This document shows, in pieces, positions 10,561 to 21,957 of a stretch of 40,934 bases of DNA. The position numbers and the translations under genes were made by a program. Each line of letters opens with the position of its first letter. Position 1 is the first letter of the stretch. Source of the stretch: Chlorokybus atmophyticus (Eukaryota; Plantae; Mesostigma and Chlorokybus algae); assembly GCA_009103225.1 (NCBI GenBank), contig RHPI01002048.1:520699-561632 (forward strand), written 5' to 3'. The notes beneath the pieces were generated by a model. It had not been told where the DNA came from and searched no databases. It worked only from the letters and a program-made list of their open reading frames with translations.

Positions 10561-11967
10561 ATGGCTGCGACAGGAGCGGCGCTGGCATTGCCGTCGGCGT
10601 CGATGGCGTTGGCGTCCTCTTCCTCCTGCTCTGCATTGGTTGCTAGGAGCGCGCCTGCATCTTCGTCGTCCTCCTCCTGCTCCTCGTCGGCGAGGTCGCC
10701 CTGCAGTTGCAGTGCTGGCTCGTGGGGCTTCCCCAGAGGTGGCGTTGGGGGCAAGCAGGACAATTGGCTGAGCCGGGTGAAGTGGGTGGTGAAGACGCAG
10801 CAGCGACCACCCGCAGAGGGCAAGTACGGGCCCTGGATGGGAGTCACCTCCGTGCCCATCCCCCCTATGGAGCTGCACGACGGCGGCAGTGGCGACGACG
10901 GGGACGACGGCGACGACGGGGACGTCTTTGGTCGCAGGCGGGACAATTGCATTACCTGCAGCGGATCGGTAAGTGAGCTGCAACATTGATGTTACAGTGT
11001 CACTGGCAAGCCGGCTCCGTCTGGTTTCCCAGTTGTACGGTCTCAGTGCTTCTTGCCGATACTGTCGGCAGTTGAAGTGAGCTTGTTGTTGAGAGGCTTA
11101 CTGGCTTGCCATGTGCAGGGTGTGATCAAATGCTACTGGTGCGGGACCACCGACGGCCGGCTGTGGATCTGGAACCCGTTGGCGATGGGACTGGTGTATG
11201 AAGCTTTTGGTGTGATACCCTTGCGCTTTGAGCGAGTGCGCTGCACCAAATGCAAAGGCCACGCTGTGCTCCCCTGCCCCTCATGCAATCCAGTACGTTG
11301 CGCTGTTGAGCAATCAGTAATCATGGTTTCAACGATCAACCAGGAGTGTTGTCTCATCACTACCGGACTGTAGCGAACCTGTTCTGGGAGTCTCACCAAC
11401 ACAACTTGCTGTTCAATTGTGCAGGTTGAAGTAAACAACTCCTCTGGTCAGTCCTCTGCAAAGTCTCGCCGCCGGTCCCGCTGGACTCGCGTGCAAACGT
11501 CCGGGTTCTTCCTGTGGCGCCTGCTGTTTCATCGCCAAGGCTACAAGGGTAAGAGTCTTGCTGTAGTGACTGAGGTGGTAGTTGGCTCGCTGGCCATTGG
11601 CTTATTAAGTGTTGACTAATGTTTCCTAGGTTTGGTTTTGCTTACACTCCAACTGTTCTGTTGAAACTCGTTCAGGCTTACGAGGCCTGACGCTGTCTCG
11701 TCAAGCGCTTCGAGCTGGTCAGGCTAAGGCACTCAGTGGCAATCTGCAAGGACAAATGCGTGGTCTGGCTACAATGGAGAGGAGAGCTACTGCGGCATTT
11801 GCAAGGTCAGGACTTGCAGGGTTGTGAACCACCTTTCCGTGCGCTGTGTGGTGACATTATTCGTGTTTGTGGTTTGTTCATTGATGCTAATTCCAAAATA
11901 GTGTGCGTCATCCAGGAGGGAGCGATGGTGGCCGATCAAACTTCTGCTGAGCGGGACGGGATTGTAA
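10561..11967 (+). CDS. DnaJ-type zinc-finger (CxxCxGxG) protein with a probable plastid transit peptide, 5 predicted exons
   Basis: Exons 10561-10968 and 11119-11292 encode an Ala/Ser-rich N-terminus, then CITCSGSGVIKCYWC...CTKCKGHAVLPCPSC. Exons 11425-11548, 11676-11805 and 11916-11967 are GT-AG, phase-consistent and stop-free but have no homology support. Confidence 0.68.
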
Positions 11968-12888
11968 GGCTGGTGTGCTTTAGGGTGGATGTAGTCAGGG
12001 ATAGCTAGAATGTAATGAAAAGAACTGATCACCTAGTAAGTGGTATAGGGCTTATATTTGTTGCTGCCATGGATTACTAGTCGTTGGTCTGGGTGTATGT
12101 AAAATCAAAGAATTTACTGGAACAATGCACTCGTGCCTACTGACCTGGATGATTGACTTAAATGTTAGCTTCAAGCAGTTTGCACACTCTCACATGGTGT
12201 GTAACATTCGCATCTGATCATGTCCTCGGGTAGTTCTTTTATGTGCGGCAATTGGATGGCACTATGCAACCAGTGCAGCAGCATCAGTGCCAACAGGTCA
12301 CGTATAATATGTGGATTCATCCATCTTGCTTTTGAAACGTCATATTACCATCTGCGCAGCTATCATGTGCATCCATGCCATTGCGCAACACAACTTAACG
12401 TAAATTGGTTGATAGCTTTGAAGTTGTTGCTGCGAGTAAAATTGTGTGAGTATATGCTGAATGGTGTGTTTGTCACAACAGCAAGTTGTTCAACAATAAA
12501 AGGTATGTAAGTAGGTTTGTTACGTAATGCTGGTTATCATAGTGCATATGCATGTATACTAGCTAGAAGATTCTCATCAAAGTTGTTTGTTGAACAAAGT
12601 GTTGTTTCCATGATCTCATGCGTGTTTACCAATTGGTGCAGTCCAGCACAGCAAGCGTCACCACGAGCCAAATCAAAGCGCACGCGCATGAGGCTCAGAC
12701 CAACGATGCTTGCGCAACAGGAAACAGTTCTTAGAGACAGGCACTCGGGTAAGGCAACACGAAACAGTTCTCAGGGGATCTCAACACAGTACCGACTCAC
12801 AGATGTCCGTCCGAGTCCAGTGCCGCATGAAGTCTAAATTGCAACCGTGACTGGGGCGGTGTGGCAGGCGCAGGCGCAGGCGGCGGCG

Positions 12889-13042
12889 ATGGCGTCGGCA
12901 GAGACGGTGCTGGCGATTGTGCGGGCAGCGAGGCCGACTTTCAAGAGCCGGCAAGACCGCGTGGCGTTCGCCGTGCACGCCGTCTTCTTGGCGAACGGCT
13001 ACCGCCTGCTTGCCACAGGACCTGCTGCAGAGGAACCTGCAG

Positions 13043-13078
<36 letters not shown>

Positions 13079-14663
13079 GCATATATGTGTTCGTGCATGG
13101 TCTCTCTCCTCTGTTTGAAACTAGGCTGTATGCATGCACAAGTTGCAGTGAGTACATGGTGTTACGTGCGCTTCTGTAAGCCTTAGCTGAGTGCACGCAG
13201 CTACCTAGGTAATTTTTTTGTTGGTTAACACCAGTTTGCATGGCAACCCATCGTTTTCTTCAGCCACTAGGGTTAGCTTGCATGCTGACTGGGAACAGAG
13301 GGAAAGAGGGGCGAGGTTCTTGGTGATGAGCTCAGTGTTTAGTGGTTACAAGCTCACCAGCACGTGCTGATTGACAAGGCTTGCCCTCAGCATGTCAACC
13401 GCAAACAAGCGCAACCGTACACGTGCATGTTTTGACGTTACAACTGTGCATACAGATGCTGCAGCGGTTGACAAGAGCAAGCCTGAAGTCGGCCTTGATG
13501 GCTGGAACGAGGTCGCCAACATGTACACATTTCTCTATGGCACTGACAACGGCAAGGGCGTTCAGGTACTTTGCCGCTGGGTTCCATGTATGGTCTTCTT
13601 TGTGCGAACTGTACTTCGCAGCTAGCATGCATGCTGTCAATGCCAAGAACATGCGGTTGGATTATTACACATAGAAGGCTTCCTTGTCTTGCAGGTCAGC
13701 ATCGACCCCATTATGGACACGCTTGAAGTCACAGCCGTGCCCGTTCCTGCGACAAAGGGGCAAGAACCAGTGTCTGTAAGCTTGAAGGTTGAGGACTTCA
13801 CCACGGACCAGGAGGACACCATCGAGGGCTATCGTGACTACGCTTCGGTGTACAAACATTTGCGCCAGCTGGTAGAGACTGTGCAACACGACATCATTGA
13901 CAAGCTGTCGGCGCCCCGCGATGATGCCCAGAAGCAAGCTGAGCGCGCAAATACAGAGAGTCCCTTACTGGATCGCAGAGTGCGATTACCATCAGGTGCA
14001 ACAGGTGCGTGCTCATTTGGTAACTACTCCCGATCTTTAGCTTCGTGCAAGCTGACTGCAGCTAGCTTAACCTGACATCAATGGCGTTCTGCATACACCT
14101 GTGAGTGTATTAAGCAAGATACACTAAAAGCTACACTAAAAGCGTTTTGTTTGCTTGCAGCACAGCAACGGCCTTATGAAGCAGAGTTACGGGAAGAACA
14201 GAGGTCAATGCGCGGCTCTTGCAAAAGCGTCTGTGATTTCGACCTCATTGTGTTGTGGCTGTTGCGCTACTGTGACTGAGTACGCATTTTTCATTTCAGA
14301 CCTCTGCGTGATCAGTATTACGGTGTGCCAGAACTTGGCACGAGTGACTTGCTACCGTCTGGCATACCGCAGACACTGGGCTCGCCTTTCGGCGCACCGA
14401 TGCCCGGTTTTGGAGGCTTTGATGCCGGTGGAAGCTTGATGGGGCCCAACCATCCAGCATTTTCCGGCGGCGTGCCAGCTCCTGGCTACGGCGTGCCAAT
14501 GCCTGGGGTGCCTCCTGGTGCGAGGTTTGATCCCTTCGGACCAGCTGGCATTCCCGGCTTTGAGCCTGGACGCTTTGGTGATGGCGGGGGCCCTCGTGGC
14601 CGCGGCCGTGGCGTGCATCCTGATATTGGCCCACCGCCTGGCGGCAGGGACTTTTACATGTAA
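12889..14663 (+). CDS. PI31: PI31 proteasome regulator (PSMF1 / plant PTRE1 family), 5 exons
   Basis: Exons 12889-13042, 13456-13565, 13695-14004, 14161-14203, 14300-14663. N-terminal FP-domain motif D.VAFAVHAVFLANGYRL.ATG and GWN..Y.F.Y; Pro-rich tail G.SDL.P..GSLMGPNHP.F..PPGARFDPFGP..HPD..PP; ends DFYM*. Confidence 0.9.
13045..13074 (+). repeat. (GTGTAT)5 microsatellite at the start of PI31 intron 1
   Basis: Five tandem GTGTAT units read directly. Confidence 0.95.
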
Positions 14664-16503
14664 CAGTGAGTGAGTTCATGGCGGTTGACAATCACATGCA
14701 CCCGTGCAATGCATGGCACTTCGCAATGCTGTTGCATCATGCATCCTGTGTTGCCATCCACATCTGCAAGCAGCTAACTGTAACGCAAGATGCATGCAGG
14801 TGTGCTCAGTTCCAGCACGCAGTTGCGTGCAGACTAACGCGCCAGCGTGCTTCATTGACCAGTGCATCTCAGCATGCGCTCAGAATGACATCCAAGCAGC
14901 ATGTGCGTTCTGAGGCGGCCGCAATGGCTTTTCTCTTACTCTCACATGTGGCACGCTATTGCTGACTCGTGAACGGTTAGCAATTGTACAAAAAGCAGTT
15001 TTGCGCAGCAGTTGTGTTCAGTTCGCCAGTAGCATGTGTTGTGGTTGCCTCGCTAGTGTTTAGAAGGGTAGGGTGCAGTTTTAGTGTACAGCCAAGTTGT
15101 CCTGTTTGGAAGAGTTTTGGCTCGGTCTAGCATTGCATAGGCATTGACGCTGTAACTACGATTGATGTTTGTCTGCCAATTCAAGTATTTGCGCTCAGCA
15201 TCAGAAGCGGTGTGCGACTGCAGCTGGTTGGAAGTTGCTTTCCGCAGAAGCTAGTTTCCACCCAAGTTTACATGTTGTACTGGCCAATTGCGCTGAGAGT
15301 AAGACATGACACGCCATAAACGGAAAAGTGCATGCCAAGACTCAATCTCTTTTGCTGTTGCTGGGTGGATGAGTTTTGCACGAGTACAAAATTATCATAC
15401 ATAATGTACTCTGCAAGCAGTAACATGGAGTTCTGTTGCTGTATGTACAAATGTACATGTAAAGCAATAATCATGTACATGGTGTGTGCAACATGTTGTG
15501 CACAATCACAACACAACATGTTGCACACAATCAATGCGGTGTAGGATCATATATGCATTCCACATTCTCTTGCACGCTCACACGCAGTCAGCCAGCGCCC
15601 GTGTTGGCAGGTATCTCTTGCATGCTTGCATGTCTAACGGGGCGGGCTAGCAGTAGCATAGCGTAGCAAGCAGCCATAGTACCGGCCCGGTGGTGAGTTA
15701 CATGCAATGAATTGTGAATGCTTGTTGTGGTGCATATGGTACAGCAATGGGGCCATTAGAGCAATACAATACACAGCACCAGCATTTCATTAAGCAGCAC
15801 AAGGCAGCGAGACAAAGGCTAGCCTAGCACGACTAGGGGGCTGGACCTATGTGCTCGCTATGTGCGTGTAATGGCAACCAAGGATGGTAAGGAGTTGTAG
15901 CAGCAGCAGCGCAGCTACTTGCACAGCACGGGAGAGGTGCATGTCATTCACATTGTCCGCACACCATGCATGTATTGTGACGGCCTCTTTGTTTGCTTGC
16001 TTTACTCTTGTTGGCTTGTAAGCTTGTGTAAACTTGTATACGGTATAAGTCAATTAACAATCATGCACAGCCGTGCAATGCGTTGTGTTAAGTGCAGCAA
16101 CACCTCACGCCGTGCACAGTCTGCACATGCAGCAAACTCAAGGCAAGCAGACACCTAATTATACACACACCCCACCCCCGTATGTGCACGGATTGCATGT
16201 ATGGAACATGACTTATACCCTACGCATGCTGGCACAGCAGCTTATATCCAAGAAACTGCTCCATACATGCTTTTCACAATGCCAAACGTGCAAGCACGGT
16301 TGGCAGCACACTTTCAGACTCAAACGCAACCACCACGTGTTTGGGAGAGCCCGTTGCAGAGTCTTGTCTTCTAAGCACGCAAAGCTCACTACCTAGTGAG
16401 AGGGTTGCACGGTGCGTTTTTGATTGATGGTTGAGGGTTGTTGTGAGCAGATTCAAAAGATAAGTAGTTAGCTGAATGGAAAACTTCGCTGCTGCTTACC
16501 CAC

Positions 16504-16607
16504 TAGGTAAGCTATCTCAATACAACTTGCCGACTTGCCACCGCGGTGAACACCCAGCAGAGACGTATGACTTTCGGCCAAGGGGCATAGCTCACCTAGC
16601 TTACCTA
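16504..16607. mobile_element. Candidate ~100-bp MITE-like element
   Basis: taggtaagcta (16504-16514) and tagcttaccta (16597-16607) are an 11-bp inverted pair, readable as TA + 9-bp TIR ... TIR + TA. Copy number elsewhere is unknown. Confidence 0.3.
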
Positions 16608-17542
16608 CGCTACCTCTACCCTATGTGCGTGCGTGTGTACAGAAAATGCAAGTGATGTATGTACGATGCTGTAGAGGTAGGCAAAGGCATTGACTGAGAT
16701 GCGAGAGAGAAAGAAAGGGGACAACCTGCAGGAGGAGGGATGTGGTACTGTTGTTGTTTAATCGTTTCTGGCCGGCCTATGCATATGCAAAACCGATCAG
16801 TTAACTAAATCGCGGCATGCGCCAACGCACAACCAGATAGTATGTACACAACAGGGCTGGGGCTGACGGTGTAGGTTGGGGCAGCAACAATGCTAGAGTT
16901 AAACAGCAAGGCATATACAGCGACAACACAACAAAGGCAATGGCGTGCTGGGGCCCACAGCATGCATATGTACTTGTCATAAGTCGTAAGGCGTAACCAA
17001 AATGCATGCATTGTGGGTACGCAACCACCTTGCATGCAGAACTGCGCGAACGGCCTACAGTGCCATTATTGAAGGCTGGTGATAAAAGCACACCAAACAC
17101 AGATTGCACAAGCTTTGGCACACCAGTCATGTATGCAATGCGGCGAGTGCAAAGTCTAGAAGCAGACGAACGTTTTCAGTTTCTGAGCCATGTCAATGAA
17201 AGTTCAAGCAGCATCCACATGCTGAACGCAGCCCACAGGTTGACCGAAGTTGTATGGCATTGTCCTTGGCGTAACCGCAGCACGCCATTGAAGCATTCAG
17301 GATAACAACGAGTTGTTATTCCCAACCGAAGCACACAAAGTGCTACCTGCAGTGTCAGCACAAACACTATCAGTTACGCATGAGGCTACAGCGACAGCTT
17401 CGACTACAGCACTGGGTACCTGAAATTTGACAATGCGAGGGCAACCGCTCTGGACACAAGCGCCACTGAGCAGCACATACACATTCATTCCAGCAAACCC
17501 AGCTGCTTGGACTCCTGGCTTGTTGATAGCTACCAAAGCCCA

Positions 17543-20500
17543 CTACTGGCCCCCTTCCTTGAATTCCCCAACGAGCCATGTGCGGCAGTCGTCAGCTGTG
17601 CCGGATGGGTGGGCAAGCTGCCAGCGCAGCTGCTGGTCCATGACTTGACCCAGCTTCTGCCCCTGCAGCTTCAGCAGCTGCATCACGGCCTTGCCGTCCA
17701 GAAGGGGCTTGATGTTCCAAACGCCCTCAAGACCTGTAAAAAGAGAGATCACCAACGCACACAGGTGACAGTGGCAGAGTCAGGAGCTTGCTCCCCGCGC
17801 ACACAACTGCCTGCATGTCTGCACGTGTGTGCGCCAGCATTTGTGCATGTGGATGTGTCAGAACGTGTTTGTGCACAGCAACGGCATGTCTATGGGAAAG
17901 CATGCATGTCCACGCACAAACATAGGTTGACATGCGATGGGAATGTTCATGAACGCATTCCCTGGGCAATACTAATGTTAGCACGCAGTTCAACGCACAG
18001 ACACAAACACCAGCCAACCACGCACTACCAAGCACAAGCCTCAACGTTGCACTTCTTACCCAGGCCAACCACGGCAGCTTCCACATTTCTGTAGACATCA
18101 GCTCTCACGGCATCTCTGCTTGTCTCCTGCTTAACATTTTCATCCGCCTCTTCGCCCTCGGCACCCAACGCGCGTGCCGCAGGGGAGTCTAGCAGCAGCG
18201 ATAAAAGCAGCGCACCTCGCCAGAGCTCTTTGGTTTGGCGCAGAAGCAGCCCTGTGAGACACTGATCATGAGGACATACGGGCAACAAAGCAGGCTTCGA
18301 CAGGCTGGATCAAGTAAAACCGAGCCAATACCTGCTTCAACACGGATGTTGTCAACAGCTGGTGCATCAGTACTCCCGTTCTGCACGAGAAGTGTCACTG
18401 TAAGCACCAAACTCCATATGGGTTTCAACCATTCGGATGTGATGTTTCCTTTTCTAAGTAGGCTTGATGAGCATACCTCTGCAGTGGAGCGAAGCCTCGG
18501 TAGAAGCTGCGCAAAGTGTACTGCCGCTGTGTGGAGAGCCACAACATTCTCCGCATCCTTTGCCTGCGGTAAAATTGCTCGTGAGTCTTGTCAACATAGT
18601 AGTCATCCATGTGAGCGCTGGAGGACAACAGGTAGTTGCGTACTCACTTTTAGCTTCAATGACTCACGTATGATATGTGTTGATGCCGCTACAGGCTTCT
18701 TCTTCGCGGTGCCCACAGTGGACGCCAGCAACGGCAGAAGCAGCGCAGCATACCGGCAAAGCCTCACGTCCTCACTCTGCACAACAATTTTGACTCTACA
18801 AAGCTGCAATAAGATTAACGCCTTAAGCAGGCCAATTGCATTTTGGCTAGAACAGAGTAATACTACTTTTCACACCGCACCAAAGTAGCTGCAATAAGAT
18901 TAACGCCTGAAGCAGGCCAATTGCATTTTGGCAAGAACAGAGTAATACTGCTACTTTTCACACCGCACCAAGTTAAATTAAAGTTGACTGATTGCCGTGT
19001 GCACATACCGGTATTGGGTGCTGTGCTGCCTGCAGCAAAGCTTCCAACTCAGCAAACACAAACTTGCCGCACCTGCACTTAAAGGAAAATGCGTCTAATT
19101 AATCAAGCGGCAGCCCACTTGTGGCGTTGCACAACCAATGCCGCAGTCAATGTCACATGCTGTGCTAACGTCGCGTGACACATGCTGCGAGCTAATAGCT
19201 CACCTTTCAAATCCCTTCACTACCCGGGTATCAACATCGCTTGGCAATGCAAAGATGATCGACCAGAGCCCTAGTCTATGCACGTTGGTCAATGCATCGT
19301 TGATGGGGCCCTTAAGCATAGAATCCACCTGTGTGAATGTTGCTTAGCACGCAGAAACACCATGCGCACGCATGCAACACAATGGCGTGCAGTGAGCTTA
19401 CCTCAACACCAATACGCTCCCGGCTAATCTTCTGGCTCAAAGCCGCATGCACTTTGGAGCTCGCAGCGGCCTCCATGAGGTCCGCATCAAGTGTGAAAGC
19501 AAAGCGGGCGCCTAGACACATGCACATGCACAATGATATGAGCATGTCTCTCATTCGAATGTCTTGCAATCGAGTATGGGCCTTACCAAAGCGCAGCGCT
19601 CTCAACACTCTCAAAGGGTCGTCGAGGAACGTTTCCTGTGGCGGCAACGGCGTGCGTATGATACCACGCCTGAGGTCGTCCACACCTACATTGCATTGGC
19701 AACCATACTCAACTTATACTTTCATTCTTCGTGTTGAATGTGCTTACATCCACCCACATCCATACCTTTTCCAGTGAGGTCTTCAACAGCTCCTGTGCTG
19801 ATGTTGTAGAAAAGACTGCACATGCCAGCCATTAACGAATGCAACCGAGAAAACCGAAACAACTATGCCCTCATCAACATTGTGCAAGTGCAGTTGTCTC
19901 CTGCTAGTTACCTGTTGATGGTGAGATCTCTGCGCAAAGCGTCCTGCTCAGGTGTACCAAAGTCCTATACAAGCATGCATGTAGATTTGATTAGGTTGCT
20001 GGCGCCGACAAGAGCCTTATTGGAAGCTCACAATCACGCACCATCTGCGGTATGCGGCTGTCTTGCGCATACGTCTCTGACCTGAGGTTGACCAAGTCTA
20101 TCCACTCCTCATTCACTCGGATGACAGCTGTCTCCAAGTGCTTCGATTGCTCCGGATTGCTGCATGCAGTGTTTGCTGTTATGTTGCCATCAGACTGCAA
20201 CGTTATACACACATCAGCTGCATATGGACAACACTTTGATACAAAGATACTGTGGCACCAATACCTGAGCACGACACCGAGTCTGTGGGTTTTCATGCCT
20301 TTCAGCGTCAAGTATTCGTTCACTTTCTCCCCAAACTCCCGACCAAGCATGTCGTCCAGCGCAATGTCAATGTCGTGGCTCTCCCGCCCGAGCAACTGCA
20401 CACACCAACAAACTCATATATGACATCCTGCATTCATCACTCGAAGTCCTGCCACTGCAACACAAGGAGAATGCAATAGCTACATGAAAGACACAGACCT

Positions 20501-21218
20501 TGTCTCGCACCCAGCCGCCAGCAACTCGCAGTTGTGTCTTTAACCCAAAATGCTTCACAACTGCGCATTACATCAACACCACAAGTAAGTATAAGAGCCT
20601 GCATGGTTGATCATAACGCTTACGAAGAGGGTGTTGTTTGAAAGCTTGCCTGCCGTGAGGGTGGCAAAGAGCGTCTCCTCGCGTTCGTTTAGCACGATCT
20701 TGTCCGCGACGACAGCTGTCCTTGGCGCCGCCATGCTGCTGCTCGTGCTTGTCTCTTCTATCCTACCACTAGTGGCAATGCTGGCTTGCACTCCTACACA
20801 TGCAACCCTTTGCTGCAGCTGCTGCTGCCGCTTAGGCCTGAAGCCAAAGACTGAGAAAAGCCTCTTCTGTCTGCTGCTGTAACAAGCAGAAGGAAGAGTA
20901 AAAGTAGAAGTAGGAATAAGGAGAATATGAGCACGAGCAGCAGCAGGCGAAGGAAAAGGAGAGATGCGTGCCAGGAGCAGCGCTTGGCTTGAGCTGATGA
21001 AACACGGAGCCATTGCACACAAATCAGCTCAGCGATTGGTGAAAGACTTGTCACGAGCAGCTGCATTGTTACATTACGGTTTGCAACATCCACCTTGCGC
21101 TCGCTCTCCGCCTTGCCGCTACTGCGGCGGCGAAAGAGCAGCGCAGCCTCCTGCTGCAGGCGGCGACGGCTGACCACGACGACGATGACGCCTGGAAAGC
21201 GCAGAGCGGCTGGGGCAT
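17543..21218 (-). CDS. CCA1: tRNA nucleotidyltransferase (class II CCA-adding enzyme), 16 exons, with an N-terminal organellar targeting extension
   Basis: Exons 21218-21094, 20993-20650, 20560-20499, 20395-20265, 20159-20042, 19964-19912, 19815-19766, 19685-19587, 19511-19402, 19328-19204, 19072-19009, 18776-18648, 18563-18477, 18380-18332, 18251-18060, 17733-17543; phase-consistent. Motifs: LRVAGGWVRDKLLG.ESHDIDIA, DLVNLRSETY..DSRIP, DALRRDLTINSLFYN, TFLDDPLRVLRALRF, KISRERIGVE, W.IKPLLDGK. Exon 1 is inferred. Confidence 0.94.
18802..18973. repeat. Tandem duplication of ~85 bp inside a CCA intron
   Basis: Copy 1 (18802-18886) and copy 2 (18887 to about 18973) both read agctgcaataagattaacgcc.aagcaggccaattgcattttggc.agaacagagtaatact..acttttcacaccgcaccaa; about 2 substitutions plus small indels. 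Confidence 0.92.
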
Positions 21219-21957
21219 CGCCCTCCTCCACGGTCACGTCCTCCGTGATCCCGTCCGAACTAACTACAACGCCGCCGCCGCCCAGGCCCACGTCCGCCAC
21301 CAATGCCGCCGCCGCCGCCACCGCCGCCGCTCGTCAATTACATGGAGATAATTTGCCTTGGCAGTGTCACTACTACTCCCCTGCTTGCATGCATTGTTAC
21401 GAGCAACACCTCTCATGGTGAAGTTGTAGAAAGTTTACGGGCTTGTTGGTACGTTGGAACATTGCAGGCTGTTTGCCAGTAGCTTCTGCACGAGTCTGCA
21501 AGCGTTGGCAAGTGCCATGACCAAGGCTAGCACACGCATCGTCATCCATCACATCACCATCATGGTTGCTGTTGTTGATGTCATCAGCAACAGCACCACT
21601 ACTATCATCATCACCAGTAGCTGTGGGCAACCCGCGCACGCAAATGCATTGCATTCTGTACACACAAAGGCCAGAGGCGGGACACCCCACAACACACACA
21701 TGCGCATTTGCAAGCCCGTGCACACGCAGTTTGACGGCTGCCAAGCCACCACCTAGCCATACACCGCACGTCACATACAAAACTAATTTTCCCCGCGATT
21801 TTAAAAACATTATTGTAGAATCATAAACAAACAATCATACACAGACACACTACTAGGTCATGTCTGCTCGCTAACAACAAGCGCGTACATTCGCAAAAAT
21901 ATGCCTCTTTGGCAAGAACCTGTCGCCACCACTCTCTACTGCAGTACTACTCTCATC

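Noticed and set aside
13323-13369. C/D box-like pair in PI31 intron 1
   Set aside because: Too short, the C box is sequestered in a local hairpin, and there is no recognisable guide.
17006-17423. Spliced plus-strand gene suggested by apparent AG/GT pairs
   Set aside because: The putative exon phases are inconsistent (splicing creates a stop), and no homology was recognised.
21397-21834. 145-aa minus-strand ORF downstream of APT
   Set aside because: Low-complexity CAT/CAA-rich sequence, most simply the APT 3' UTR or CCA upstream region; no motif.
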